Of a stretch of DNA of 37,279 bases, positions 37,201-37,279 are shown one piece after another. The DNA comes from Candidatus Bathyarchaeota archaeon (GTDB lineage Archaea; Thermoproteota; Bathyarchaeia; TCS64). Both the position numbers and the translations under genes were made by a program. Where the stretch lies: NCBI GenBank assembly GCA_020354065.1, contig CP070640.1, positions 720,043-757,321 on the forward strand, read 5' to 3'. Under the pieces are notes generated by a model, which was given only the letters and a program-made list of their open reading frames with translations, had not been told where the DNA came from and made no database searches. The stretch's first letter is position 1, and each line of letters opens with the position of its first letter.

Positions 37201-37279
37201 TTGGAGGAGCGCGTTCTCAAGCTTCACGAGGAGGCAGTGGTGGTGGACACCCACTGCGACACCCTGAAATGCCTCATGC
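37201..37279 (+). CDS. Membrane dipeptidase (M19) family, N-terminus only (truncated by the window edge)
   Basis: TTG start, MEERVLKLHEEAVVVDTHCDTL with the DxHxD metal motif. Confidence 0.7.
   Translation, partial: MEERVLKLHEEAVVVDTHCDTLKCLM

Noticed and set aside
1..37279. CRISPR arrays, transposases, integrases, rRNA, selenocysteine or pyrrolysine readthrough
   Set aside because: No regularly spaced repeats or recognisable motifs were seen by eye, and no in-frame stop interrupts an otherwise continuous gene

Overview
High-GC archaeal chromosomal window. The archaeal call rests on a tRNA with a bulge-helix-bulge intron, TATA-type promoters, oligo-T terminators and a DUF2153-like gene; Bathyarchaeia is my best guess but is only an inference. 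The window holds about 45 genes, mostly on the minus strand. They include htpX-lemA, alaX, mscL, serS, comB and kce; amino-acid and amide hydrolases (creatininase, amidinotransferase, CapA, dipeptidase); redox proteins; two MFS transporters; and an Xre/DUF2178/ABC exporter cassette. The most notable observations are: (1) a GlmL/MutL-like actin-fold ATPase with no B12 mutase nearby, tightly coupled to an uncharacterised partner whose conserved-looking N-terminus needs a non-canonical ATA start; (2) an MscL whose cytoplasmic bundle helix appears moved to the N-terminus; (3) tRNA-Ser(GGA) with a 17-nt intron at non-canonical position 29/30; (4) a degenerate copy of that tRNA's 3' end 3.2 kb downstream, bounding an integrase-less islet; (5) unannotated small ORFs, two pseudogenes and several operator-like palindromes. 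All family assignments come from motif recognition, not database searches.
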